From: Octopus vulgaris
Taxonomy: Eukaryota
Direction: 5' to 3'
Assembly: GCA_951406725.2 (NCBI GenBank)
Contig: OX597821.1
Span: forward strand, 13,950,001 to 14,014,000
DNA: 64,000 nt
Both the position numbers and the translations under genes were made by a program. Each line of letters opens with the position of its first letter. Positions within the stretch are counted from its first letter, which is position 1. This document shows, in pieces, positions 12,311 through 24,223 of the stretch. The notes beneath the pieces were generated by a model that saw only the letters and a list, made by a program, of their open reading frames with translations, did no database searches and was not told where the DNA came from.

Positions 12311-13288
12311 TATATATATAAGTATGTATGTATATATGATTGTTTTGCATGCTTGTGTCTCTTTGCCCTGATATCACATGATAATTGTAAAATGATTGTC
12401 ACAGGTCATACAAGCAGTGTCATTCATTTCTAATATTCTGTGGAGTGTGTTTAGCTATGGGGAAATACTATCTTGTTTGGAAACAGGTGATGGTTGGTGA
12501 CAGGAGGGGGATCTCTCTGTTAAAAATCTGCCTCAATAAACAGTCCAACCCATGCAACCCAGGAAAAAAGCAGAGGTTAAAATGAAGATGATAATGATAA
12601 TCCTTGCCAAGAATGTCTGAGATGCCTTGTGTTGACCAAAGACAGTGCCACGGAGCATTGAGATAAATACAAGAGACAACATCAAGAGGAGTTGGTTTGG
12701 TGGGTTGCAATCACTTTCATGTGTATAGAAATCAAGCAAAGAAGAGTCAAAGAAGTGAAGTAGCAAGACAGGAATCAAATATGGTAGCCAGGAGAGCTAT
12801 TTAACCCTTTTGACACCATATTTCTCTTGCTATATAATGCCTTTCTTTCAAGTAATTTCAAAAACAATGAAGAATTTAGTACAACAATTCAATTATAATT
12901 AAAGTGATGCTTGAAACATAAACTAACATGAAATTTTAATAATTAGTTTTAATTTAAAACACTTCAAAAGAGGAAGTTTGTACTGCAGAACAATAGTCAG
13001 ATTCAGACAGGCTGGCATCAAAAGGGTTACGATCAGTGGGTGAAAGGTTTACATAGAAATTAGTAGATATAAGTCTTGGTAAAATTACGGAATACTCTTT
13101 TACTTGTTTTAGTCATTTGACTGCGGCCATGCTGGGGCACCAGCTTTAATCGAGCAACTCGAACCCGGGACTTATTCTTTTGTAAGCCCAGTACTTATTC
13201 TATCATTCTCTTTTGTCGAACCACTAAGTAACGGGGACATAAACACACCAGCATCGGTTGTCAAGCAATGCTAGGGGGACAAACACAG

Positions 13289-13333
<45 letters not shown>

Positions 13334-13984
13334 TACGACGGGCTTCTTTCAGTTTCCGTCTACCAAATCCACTCACAAGGCTTTGGTCGGCCCGAGGCTA
13401 TAGTAGAAGACACTTACCCAAGGTGCCATGCAGTGGGACTGAACCCGGAACCATGTGGTTGGTAAACAAGCTACTTACCACACAGCCACTCCTGTGCCTA
13501 ATTATAATTAATGAAGCAACAAAGTTTGTATAGTATATGACACAAAGACCTTTGGTGATACACTGTGCTTGAAAAGACCTGTCAAGGCAAGTGAGATCGT
13601 AGTTGAGGCTAATGCTGGTGTCTTGTAACTGGCAACCTTGCCGGTAGCATGCAACAAGCACTCACTACACTCTCAGAGTGGTTGGCATTAGGACAGGCAT
13701 CCAGCGGTAGAAACCATGCCAGATCAGAGTGGACCCTGGTGCAGCTCCCCAGCTTACCAGTTTTCAGTCAAACCGTCCAACCCATGCCAGAATGGAAAAC
13801 GGACATTAAATGGTAATGGTAATGATGATGAGTGGCTGTGTGGTAAGTAGCTTGCTAACCAACCACATGGTTCCGGGTTCAGTCCCACTGCGTGACATCT
13901 TGGGCAAGTATCTTCTGTTATAGCCCCAGGCCGACCAATGCCTTGTGAGTGGATTTGGTAGACGGAAACTGAAAGAAGCCTGTC

Positions 13985-14019
<35 letters not shown>

Positions 14020-16905
14020 TGTGTGTGTGTGTGTATGTGTTTGTCCCCCTAGCATTGCTTGACAACCGATGCTGGTGTGGTTACGTCCCCGTCACTTAGC
14101 GGTTCGCAAAAGAGACCGATAGAATAAGTACTGGGCTTACAAAGAATAAGTCCCGGGGTTGATTTGCACGACTAAAGGCGGTGCTCCAGCATGGCCGCAG
14201 TCAAATGACTGAAACAAGTAAAAGAGTATGATGAAGGTCTCTCTCTCTTCTATGATGCTTGCCTAACAGACACTGTTGAAGTGAATGTATACCTTCTAGT
14301 TGGTGATAACAGGTATCTTCCTCCAGGTGTTATAAGCTGCGTTCTTTATCTGTAGCATGAGCATAGTTGCAGTTAAGGGGCAGCCGAAACAAAACTGTTG
14401 AGGGTCCAACCACTTTAGCCAGCTTGAAGCACCAGACGTACTTTGCTGATGAGAGGTGCTGTGTAGTAACATGTAATGCGCTACCTTCACAAGCTAGGTG
14501 TTATCTTGAATAACACAAATACTAGTAATAAATGGATTTATAGCTCCTTACCTAGAGATGTGTGCTCATCTGTAAAAGCTAAAAATCAACAAGAAAATGT
14601 TTTGTTTTTCTTTCTTGCTCTAATAATCTGCACGAAAACATAATTTGTAAAATCAAACAAACATTTGTGAATTTTAGTAAAAACAAAATAAAAAAAAAGT
14701 TCTAATAATTTTTCTAAAATCAATACACACCAAAACAAATATTTTGCAGGGTTTTTTTTTTTTTTTCCATAATTTCTTTTAATATAAAATGATTATAGAA
14801 TTTACAAAAAAAAGAGAAAAAAATCATTTAAAGTGAATTAAGCTTGAAAACGAAGGAAGATAGAAATACTGAAGAAAAACAAGTAACTATTGAATCAAGA
14901 TTAATTAATTATACTGCTTTTAAACAATAAAAATATCAGAGAAAAATGTTAAAATCAAGAAAAAAAATACAAAACATACAAGAAGATGTTAAAAGACGTA
15001 AAAAAAAAAGAGCTTGGATATTTTGTCATACAACTGAAGTTCAATAGAAAAAAAATAAGGGTGGAAATAAAGGGAGGTAATTAAATCTGAAGGCTGAAAT
15101 TAGCCATTTATTTTTTTATTTCATATTCGGAGAATTTTATTTGATCCAAATACAAGGATTTATTTGAGAGAGAGAGTTTATGGAGTTAAAAAAAAATGTG
15201 GGGGAAAAGAAAAAAAAAAACAAATATAATAGAAGATACCTTCTGTTATTTTAATCAAAATGTTCCACAAATTCTTATATTTTTTTTTTTTTCTTTTCAT
15301 GACATTTTACAGGAAAAAAATGAGAATTTAGTTAAGATAGGATTACATAAATGTAACAATAATGTTGTTGTTTTCTTATTTTTACTTTTTTTTTTTTTTT
15401 TTTTTTAGACACATGAAATCCGAGATTTTAAGGAAGGAAACATAAAAAATTATGAGATCCTTTCCCAAAGGCCTTAGCAATTGAAGTGATTTGTTTTATT
15501 TGCAATAACAACTCAGTGAAAAGTAACAGAATTTACACAAATAAACAGTAAGAAAATAGAGAGAGAGAGAGAGGGAAGAAAGGAAATTAATGAATAAATA
15601 ATGAAACCAAAGAGATAGACACTCTCCCATTTAAAATTTACACCTGGAAACACTAGTATTTCCTTCAGAAAAAAAAAAAAAACTTTTCTGAGGCAACCCC
15701 TAAAAAGCATCTTCTCAGGTTATTGCAAGGCTGAGGTGCCATAATAGCCAAGTAGCCTCCCAAACATTATCTGATGCTTTCACTAACAAAATAAGGAAAA
15801 ACTCTAAATCCATTATCAATGGACCAGCATTCCAAAGATCTCAAAAACCAAACTTACCTGTTTGCCCAGGTGTGACATTAACAACTGAGGGAGTGAATGT
15901 ACCTCTGTTTTGGTTATATTTACTACATTCCTTTATTCTTCTTGCCTCAGCCATGCTGGAGCACCACCTTGAGAAATTTTAGTCAACTAATCAACCCCAG
16001 AACTTATTCTATCCATCTCTTTTGCTGAACCACTAAGGACATAAACATACCAACACCGGTTGTCAAGTAGTGGTGGGGCCAAACACAGACACACATGTGT
16101 ATGCGTGTGATGGGCTTCTTTCAGTTTCCGTCTACCAAATCCACTCACAAGGCTATAGTAGAAGACACTAAACCGAGGTGTCATGGTGGGATTAAACCCA
16201 GAACTTTTTCTCTCTTTATATTTTCTTACTGTTATATTTATAAATTATGTTACTTGTATTTATGCTGAATTATTGCAAATTAAGGGTACCATTTTAAGTG
16301 ATGTGTTTCCGACTGGGAAATGAAACAGTCTAATAATGATGATCAGAGACTGCCAGAATATTACGGTACCTACTGTATTAATAGAATTTACTTTGAAGAG
16401 ACGGAATAAAAAATGAATGCATATTTAATATCACCTGCTTTTTTATTTAAATTCTTTGAAACACCCACACATATATACACAACAACCAAACTTCAGTCAA
16501 GTTTTTTAATTACTAAGTAGAGGTGGTGGTGAAGAAGGAGGAGGAGGAGGAGGTGAAGAAGAAGAAGAACTGGCAGCCTGATTACAAGTTTCCAACAACA
16601 GTTTGAAGATTTTAATGTAAACTTTGATGTTGACAAAGGTTCATGCTGTAAATAATAATAATGCTAACAAGCAAGGAAATAATGAAAGTCAGTTGCCAAC
16701 AAGATGAGCTTCAGTAATTAACACACGTTTGAGTATATTATATATGTATTTTAAATATTGCATGTACATGTGTGTGTGTGTATGTATATATATATATTGT
16801 ATTATATATGTGACTGTGTATATCATATATATATATAAAATGTATTATATATGTGACTGTGTATATCATATATATAAATATATATAAAATGTATTATATA
16901 TGTGA

Positions 16906-16945
<40 letters not shown>

Positions 16946-16946
<1 letters not shown>

Positions 16947-17233
16947 GAGGCGCAATGGCCTAGTGGTTAGGGCAGCGGACTCATGGTCGCAGCATCGCGG
17001 TTTCGATTCCCAGACCAGGCGTTGTGAGTGTTTATTGAGCGAAAACACCTAAAAGCTCCACGAGGCTCCGGCAGGGGGTGGTGGTGATCCCTGCTGTACT
17101 CTTTCACCACTCTTTCTTCTGTTGGCCTGCTCGCTTAGCCAGCGGGGTGGCGTCATTCGAAGGCTAAAACAATGCGAACACATTGTGACCAGCGATGTGT
17201 AACAACATCTGATGGTCTGGTCGGTCACGTGAT
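16946..17233 (+). mobile_element. tRNA-derived SINE family C, tail type 1
   Basis: GGAGGCGCAATGGCCTAGTGGTTAGG..GGTTTCGATTCC tRNA-like head; CpGs still intact; inserted in TA-rich repeat. Confidence 0.85.
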
Positions 17234-17265
17234 ATATATATAATGTATTATGTGACTGTGTATAT

Positions 17266-17318
<53 letters not shown>

Positions 17319-18732
17319 ACACATGTTTATTCACATAATAGAAAAGAAAGAGTAAGACAAAGAGAGAATAAATTAACATCCTCACCACTCTGCCTTATGT
17401 TTTTGAGTACTTCACCTTAAATTATGATTCTCCTAGTATATATGTGTATGTATGAGTGTGTATTTATATGTGTATGTATGAGTGTGTATTTATATGTGTG
17501 TATATATATATATACATACATATATATATGCATATATACCCTCATCATTTTAATGTCAACTTTACCACAGACAGAATTTGTGTGTGTATGTATGTATGTA
17601 TGTATGTATGTATGTATAAAATCTGGTGTGATTTAATAAGACAAAAAATGCAGCGCTTAATGGATCAGAGAGATGAATAGCTTTACATTATGATTATACA
17701 AACTTCAAAAAGAGTACATCACTTTCACATCTGACGACTGCAAGCTTACATCCTGGAATGAAACTGACAACAATGTACTCCTGAAGTTCATATGATCGTC
17801 ACATAAAAATCATATAGATCTAATATAGAAGAAGGTGGAGTAAAACTGTAACATCGCCTGAGGGAATTGAGCACTGCATCTGCTGTATGCTGTACAGCTG
17901 TGCTCACCACAACTCCCAAAAGGACATTAAAACCCCTGACTGCCCAAATTAGTAGGCTTAAACTAAGTTGCTATGGTGACATATATATATAGATAAGGTC
18001 ACATATACATTAATTAAAAGAGAAAATAATATAAATTTAGAGAGATATAGAAAGAAATATTTGCTTCTATTGAGTCAGTATTTCAAGGATTATATCAGAG
18101 GCTTATTTTGGATATAAATATGGTCTTAAGTAAATTCCGTTTTCCTTTTCCTCTAGTTTTATGAATAGAGAAAAAAAAAATGGATTTAAAACGAATTTTT
18201 ATTTTCTTAAAAAAGTGATTAATAAAGAGCACATCAGTGGTAGCCCTTGATTTTAAAATGATAATTTGCTGATTTAATAATAATAATAATAATTGTTCTA
18301 CTATAGGCACAAAGTCAGAAATTTTGGGGAGCGGTTAGTCAACCTCACTGCAGAACTGGTACATATTTTATCGACCCTGAAAGGATGAAAGGCAAAGGTG
18401 ACCTCAGCAGAATTTAAACTCAGAATGTAAAGCCAGAAGAACTGCCACTAAACATTTTGTCCAGTGCAGTAATGATTCTGCCAGCTTGCCAGATATAATA
18501 ATAATAATAATAATAATATTGATAATAATAATAATAATAACGGCACAAGGCCAGCAATTTTCAGGGGGGTGGGGTGCTTATTGATTACATCGGCCCCAGT
18601 GCTTAGCTGGTACTTATTATTTTATTGACCCCCCACCCCCACCAAAAATAAGGGTGAAAGGCAATGCTGACCTTGGTGGAATTTCAACTCAGAACATGAA
18701 GAACATGCTAATGATTTTGCCAACTTGCCGCC

Positions 18733-18734
<2 letters not shown>

Positions 18735-18773
<39 letters not shown>

Positions 18774-18795
18774 TAATAATAATAATAATGATAAT
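18735..18795. repeat. (AAT)n microsatellite (others near 18497-18540 and 27373-27399)
   Basis: Directly visible. Confidence 0.95.
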
Positions 18796-19831
18796 GAATG
18801 AATCTAAAACTATTAAAGAAACTTAAAATTGTGAAAACAAAACTCTTGCATCATTGTCATCAGTTATCATCATTATCATCATCATCACTGTTGTTATCAT
18901 CACAGATGAAAACAATTTGCTCCCATCTTCACCCAGTTAAACTGTTAAATTTGTCGTCAAGTGAACATAGATCCCTACAATTTTCCTTTTTATGTGCGTG
19001 CCTTTGGTGACGTAAAATATGTTTAAAACAACACTAATTTGCAATCAGATGTCTTTTTTTTTTCTCTTTACGTTTTTTTTTTATTTTTTTTTCTTTATAG
19101 CTTTTTATTTAAAAAAATAAAAAATGACTTTCTAACATCTTGAATCAATAGTTTCATTGCAAAAGGTACATCTTTGGTGGTATGCATTTTTTTTTGCTTC
19201 TTCTTTCTTTTGTTTTTGCTTTTTTTGTTTGTAATGGTTGGATCATTATTCCACACGTACCCCCACCTACCGAACAAACCAAAATTAACTAATTAGCTAA
19301 TAAAAGAAAAGAAAGCAAAAAAAAAAAAAATGACTACGTAAATAAATAAAAAAGTATCTAGATAAGGATTAAACAGAAATTCTAAATTATATCCTTCATA
19401 TGCAAATGTTAAAAAAAACACAAAAAAAACAAATATAATTAAAGAAGCTTTATACCAAAAAAAAAAATTTTAAATTAAATACAAGAAACTAAAATAAATG
19501 AAATATATAAAAAAGAAATAATAAAGGGAAAAATATATTTACTGTAGATGTTCCAATACTATTAGGTTGCTTTACGAAGCTTCCTTAAATAGTTTTAACA
19601 GATTGGGGAACTGTACACATTTTTAATCATACATGTGTGTGTATGTATATGTATGTATATATGTAAGTACGTATGCATGTATGTTTGTACGTATTTATGT
19701 ATATATATAGTTGTGCTTCTTTTCCTTATGCAGATCCTGAATGTTGGCTGAGCAACACAGAAAGATCGCGATATATCTATCAGAAGAGCTGTTGTCTGTT
19801 CAGTGCTAGCAACAACTGACAAGGCTTGCTG

Positions 19832-19894
19832 TTACACTCTGCTGCGATCTGTCAACACACGGATTATTGAGCCCAAACCTCCAATGGCAAACAC
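19832..19894 (-). CDS. ARPC5: ARPC5 coding exon 4 with stop
   Basis: ttccttttgtttgtAG acceptor; VFAIGGLGSIIRVLTDRSRV-TAA, the conserved ARPC5 C-terminus; spliced product is 148 aa. Confidence 0.96.
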   Translation of the reverse strand: MFAIGGLGSIIRVLTDRSRV

Positions 19895-20243
19895 CTACAA
19901 ACAAAAGGAAATATATATTACATACATAAATATGATCAGATATATACACACATATCGTGGCCGTTCGCCAGCCTCATCTGGCACCTGTGTCGGTGGCACA
20001 TAAAAACACCATCCGAGGGTGGCCGTCTGCCAGCCTCGTCTGGCACTGTGTCGGTGGCACATAAAATCACCCACTACACTCTCGGAGTGGTTGGCGTTAG
20101 GAAGGGCATCCAGCTGTAGAAACACTGCCAGATCTGACTGGCCTGGTGCAGCCTTCTGGCTTCACAGACCCCAGTTGAACCGTCCAACCCAAGCTAGCAT
20201 GGAAAGCGGACGTTAAATGATGATGATGATGATGATATATATA

Positions 20244-20524
20244 CGGGGTGGCTCAAAAGTAGGTTTACAGTTAGTCAACTATCTCTTTCGCATTCATATA
20301 TTAATAGTTCAGATCTTAATTATAAAAAATATGAAACCATTATATGTGAAACACATAGGCGCAGGAGTGGCTGTGTGGTAAGTAGCTTGTTTACCAATCA
20401 CATGGTTCCGGGTTCAGTCCCACTGCGTGGCACCTTGGCCGAGTGTCTTCTACTATAGCCTCGGGCCGACCAAAGCCTTGTGAGTGGATTTGGTAGACGG
20501 AAACTGAAAGAAACCCGTTGTATA

Positions 20525-20568
<44 letters not shown>

Positions 20569-20922
20569 TGAGTGTGTTTGTCCCCCTAGCATTACTTGAC
20601 AACCGATGCAGGTGTGTTTATGTCCCCGTTACTTAGCGGTTCGGCAAAAGAGACCGATAGAATAAGTACTGGGCTTACAAAACAGAATAAGTCTCGGGGT
20701 CGATTTGCTCGATTAAAGGCGGTGCTCCAGCATGGCCGCAGTCAAGTGACTGAAACAAGTAAAAGAGTAAAGAGAAAAGAGTATTATTCTATGCTAATTT
20801 AGTTAATTTTGTCAAGTTTCCTTTTCAGTTTGTAAGATAGAAATTTAAATGTAGCAAAATGTTTTAAAAGAAATTTAAAATGCATATGTGATAACTGTAA
20901 ACCTACTTTTGGGGCCACCCTG
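20244..20922. mobile_element. Tc1/mariner-type MITE (TA TSD) interrupted by a SINE-A
   Basis: TIRs CGGGGTGGCTCAAAAGTAGGTTTACAGTTA / TAACTGTAAACCTACTTTTGGGGCCACCCTG flanked by TA. Confidence 0.85.
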
Positions 20923-21116
20923 TATATCATCATCATTTCACATCCATGATCCAAGCTGGCACAAGTTGGAGGGTTTAATTCTGTAGTATATAAACCAGCT
21001 GTATCTGGCACCAAACCCCTACCTGCTTTCAATTCATGCCAGCATGGGAAGCAGGAATATGATAATGATGATGATGACAGCCAGATCTGGCCTCTCACAC
21101 CTATCCACCAACGTCA

Positions 21117-21495
21117 TCTCTTCTCTCTCTATATAAACGGCAGTTTGTCTGTGCGTGTTTCTGTGTGTCTGTTTGCTTGTACCCTCACCCTGACCATGGC
21201 TTTCAACCGATTCTGATGAAACTTGACACACACATAGCCCAATGTCATAATTCAAAACTAACGCAGCGAAAATTTTGAAAAGTTCCCCCAGTTCTGAAAA
21301 AAATCGATAAATTCGACATGGGGTCGAGAATCAGAAACACAAACCGCAAACTGTCTAGGGGACACAACTCCACCTTTTTTTACTCTCAAAAAAAATTTAC
21401 CATAATTTTTTTGCTATTTTTTGGCTATAACTCTCTAAAAATGCTTTATAGTTATTTCCCTTACAAACCTGAGCAACGCCGGGCGATACTGCTAG
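21117..21495 (+). mobile_element. Non-autonomous Helitron-type element inserted in a MITE
   Basis: A|TC...CTAG|T junctions; flanks rejoin to cgtca|ttct, comparable to aatgtcattct in the uninterrupted MITE near 9443. Confidence 0.85.
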
Positions 21496-22189
21496 TTCTC
21501 AAAATAAAAAAATCATATTATTGTAATCTCGAAGGTATGAGATAATGCATGACTAATTCAAAACAATATGAATAAATAAATATTAATCTGATGGGGCCGA
21601 GGACTGCATCATGCTCACAAGTGTTTGCTTTGGCATGCATTCTACAATTGGATGCCCCTCCTAATACCAACCACTTTATGGCTTATACCAGGTGCTCTTT
21701 TTTTGTGTCACCAGCATTAGGGTGGTTGTCATGCAGCTTGCACAAGAAGGTAACTTTATGCCAGTAGAGAGAGGTAAACCAGGGTCAGGACAGAACAGAT
21801 TTCTTGCAGTAGAGGAACGACCCACGTTTAAAAAAAAGAGGGTGAGAGTGATGACAGTATGGAAAAGTGAATGTTTAAACAATGACGGTTATGACCATTG
21901 TGGTATACATATCTAAACAAGCTTCTATACAGTTTCCATCTACCAACTCCACTATCAAGATTTGATTAGCCTGGGGGTGTTGTGAAGTACTACACAATGG
22001 AACTCAACCCAGAACTAAGTGGTTGTAGAACATACTTCTTAACCCTACAGACATATATCTGTCTCTCAGATTCATATTTCATATCAGGTGGCTGAAATTC
22101 AGCCGATGGGAAATCTCCTGCTTCCATCAGGACTTAGCAGGAGATATATTTAAAACAAAACCAAAAAGGAAAATGGTGAAATACTTTAC

Positions 22190-22366
22190 CTTTTCATGCC
22201 ATGTAAGCAATATGGCACTGCTGCCTTCTGAGAAGAACTCAAAACCTATATAAATGTATTTCATCAACATATCTATCTGTTTAGAATTTAGACCTTCAAC
22301 AGCAGTGTCCATATCATTGCCTCGGAATGATGTGAGAACTTTCGTTGTCAGTTGGGATGCTTTGTC
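22190..22366 (-). CDS. ARPC5: ARPC5 coding exon 3 (177 nt)
   Basis: ttttaacAG acceptor; DKASQLTTKVLTSFRGNDMDTAVEGLNSKQIDMLMKYIYIGFEFFSEGSSAILLTWHEK with the LMKYIY and LL.WHEK signatures; GTAAAG donor. Confidence 0.97.
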
Positions 22367-23048
22367 CTGTTAAAAGAAGAAAAAGAAAACTGAAAGTTGA
22401 ATATTCTTAATTGTGAATTATCTTCATAAGATAAAGAAATATTGTTACTAGATGTTGTCTGAATGATGTCTTCAATGCTTTTATGCTATCTTAGTTAATG
22501 TTACAGTTTGTAAATGTTACCAAAACATAATAGTGATGACAAGTTACAACAAGCAGGTGTAGAAATATTTCCAAAATAGTATGAATATCTTGGTAATTTG
22601 CTGAAAGAAAACAGAAAACACAGACCAGCTCAGGTGAATGTGCTACGTAGTAATATTAAAATATTTTTAAAATACTTCAATTAAACTTCACACCAGCTTT
22701 GTTGGAGAGATTTCGGTAACTAACTTGCACAAGTGAGTAATATTATAGTTCTATTCTGTATATTAGTTCTAACAGTGAAACGTCTTCTTTCGATAGAATA
22801 ATTTATCAGTCCTGCCTTATTTGTGTGACTACCAGAAAGTAGCAAGGCTCAAAGCAATGAGAAGATGGGAAAGTAGTGTGGTAATTAGTGAATATTACTA
22901 ATCAAGTTCACTTATGGTTAGTAAGGACATATGAAAGCTCTGTGAGTCAGAGTCAAAAGCTTGCGGTTAGTAAAAATGTAGTGATTCCTACCAAATGCGA
23001 ATTGTAAAATAATACATTAAAATTTCCTACTTCACTGAAGTAATTTGA

Positions 23049-23288
23049 CTTTCCCATGAAATGGCTATAAAATAAATGGTTATCATGGACTTAGTTTATG
23101 CAAAATTTAGTCTGAATGTTTAAAAGTAAACATAGTAAACATAGGCGCAGGAGTGGCTGTGTGGTAAGTAGCTTGCTAACCAACCACATGGTTCCGGGTT
23201 CAGTCCCACTGCGTGGCATCTTGGGCAAGTGTCTGCTACTATAGCCCCGGGCCGACCAATGCCTTGTGAGGCCTGTCGTATATATGTA

Positions 23289-23359
<71 letters not shown>

Positions 23360-23928
23360 TTGTGTGGCCGCAGTCAAATGACTGAAACAAGTAAAAGAGT
23401 AAGAGTACATGTATAAAGGCCAGAAATTTTGTGCATGACAGAACAAACTTGAAAAAATGAATATTACAAAGGTTTTTGTTTTTTATTTGGAAGGATAAAA
23501 GCTTGTTACTGTTATCACATGACTTGCTATATTATTGGTATGTAACTGCACACTTTTTTTCCAGAGAAAATATCTCAAAAAACTACTCCCGAGTTCCATA
23601 TATGTAGTTGGATCTCCACAAGCTTAAATGCGCTAAAAAAAACAAAAACGTTTGTAATATTCATTTTTTCAAGTTTGTTCTGTCATGCACAAAATTTCTG
23701 GCCATTATATATGTACTCTCTTTTACTCTTTTACTTGTTTCAGTCATTTGACTGCAGCCATGCTGGAGCACCGCCATTTAATCGAGCAACTCGACCCCGG
23801 GACTTATTCTTTTGTAAGCCCAGTACTTATTCTATCGGTCTTTTTTGCCGAACCGCTAAGTGACGGGGACGTAAACACACTAGCATCAGTTGTCAAGCAA
23901 TGCTAGGGGGACAAACACAGACACACAA

Positions 23929-23960
<32 letters not shown>

Positions 23961-24223
23961 ATATATACGACAGGCTTCTTTCAGTTTCCGTCTACCAAAT
24001 CCACTCACAAGGCATTGGTCGGCCCGGGGCTATAGCAGAAGACACTTGCCCAAGATGCCACGCAGTGGGACTGAACCCGGAACCATATGGTTGGTTAGCA
24101 AGCTACTTACCACACAGCCACTCCTGCGCCTATGTACTATGTTTACTTTTAAACATTCAGACTAAATTTCGCATAAACTAAGTCCATGATAACCATTTAA
24201 TTTATAGCTATTTCATGGGAAAG
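23049..24223. repeat. Large inverted repeat: arms ~23049-23484 and ~23637-24223, spacer ~150 bp
   Basis: Unique flanks and the embedded SINE are reverse complements, e.g. CTTTCCCATGAAATGGCTATAAA vs TTTATAGCTATTTCATGGGAAAG. Confidence 0.93.

Noticed and set aside
16946-17020. tRNA gene
   Set aside because: The tRNA-like head continues into a SINE body with no oligo-T terminator; a homologous copy at 41250-41642 has a TSD.
21213-21222. CTGATGA-AAC as a hammerhead core
   Set aside because: No stem II or separate GAAA box; it is an internal motif of the Helitron-type element.
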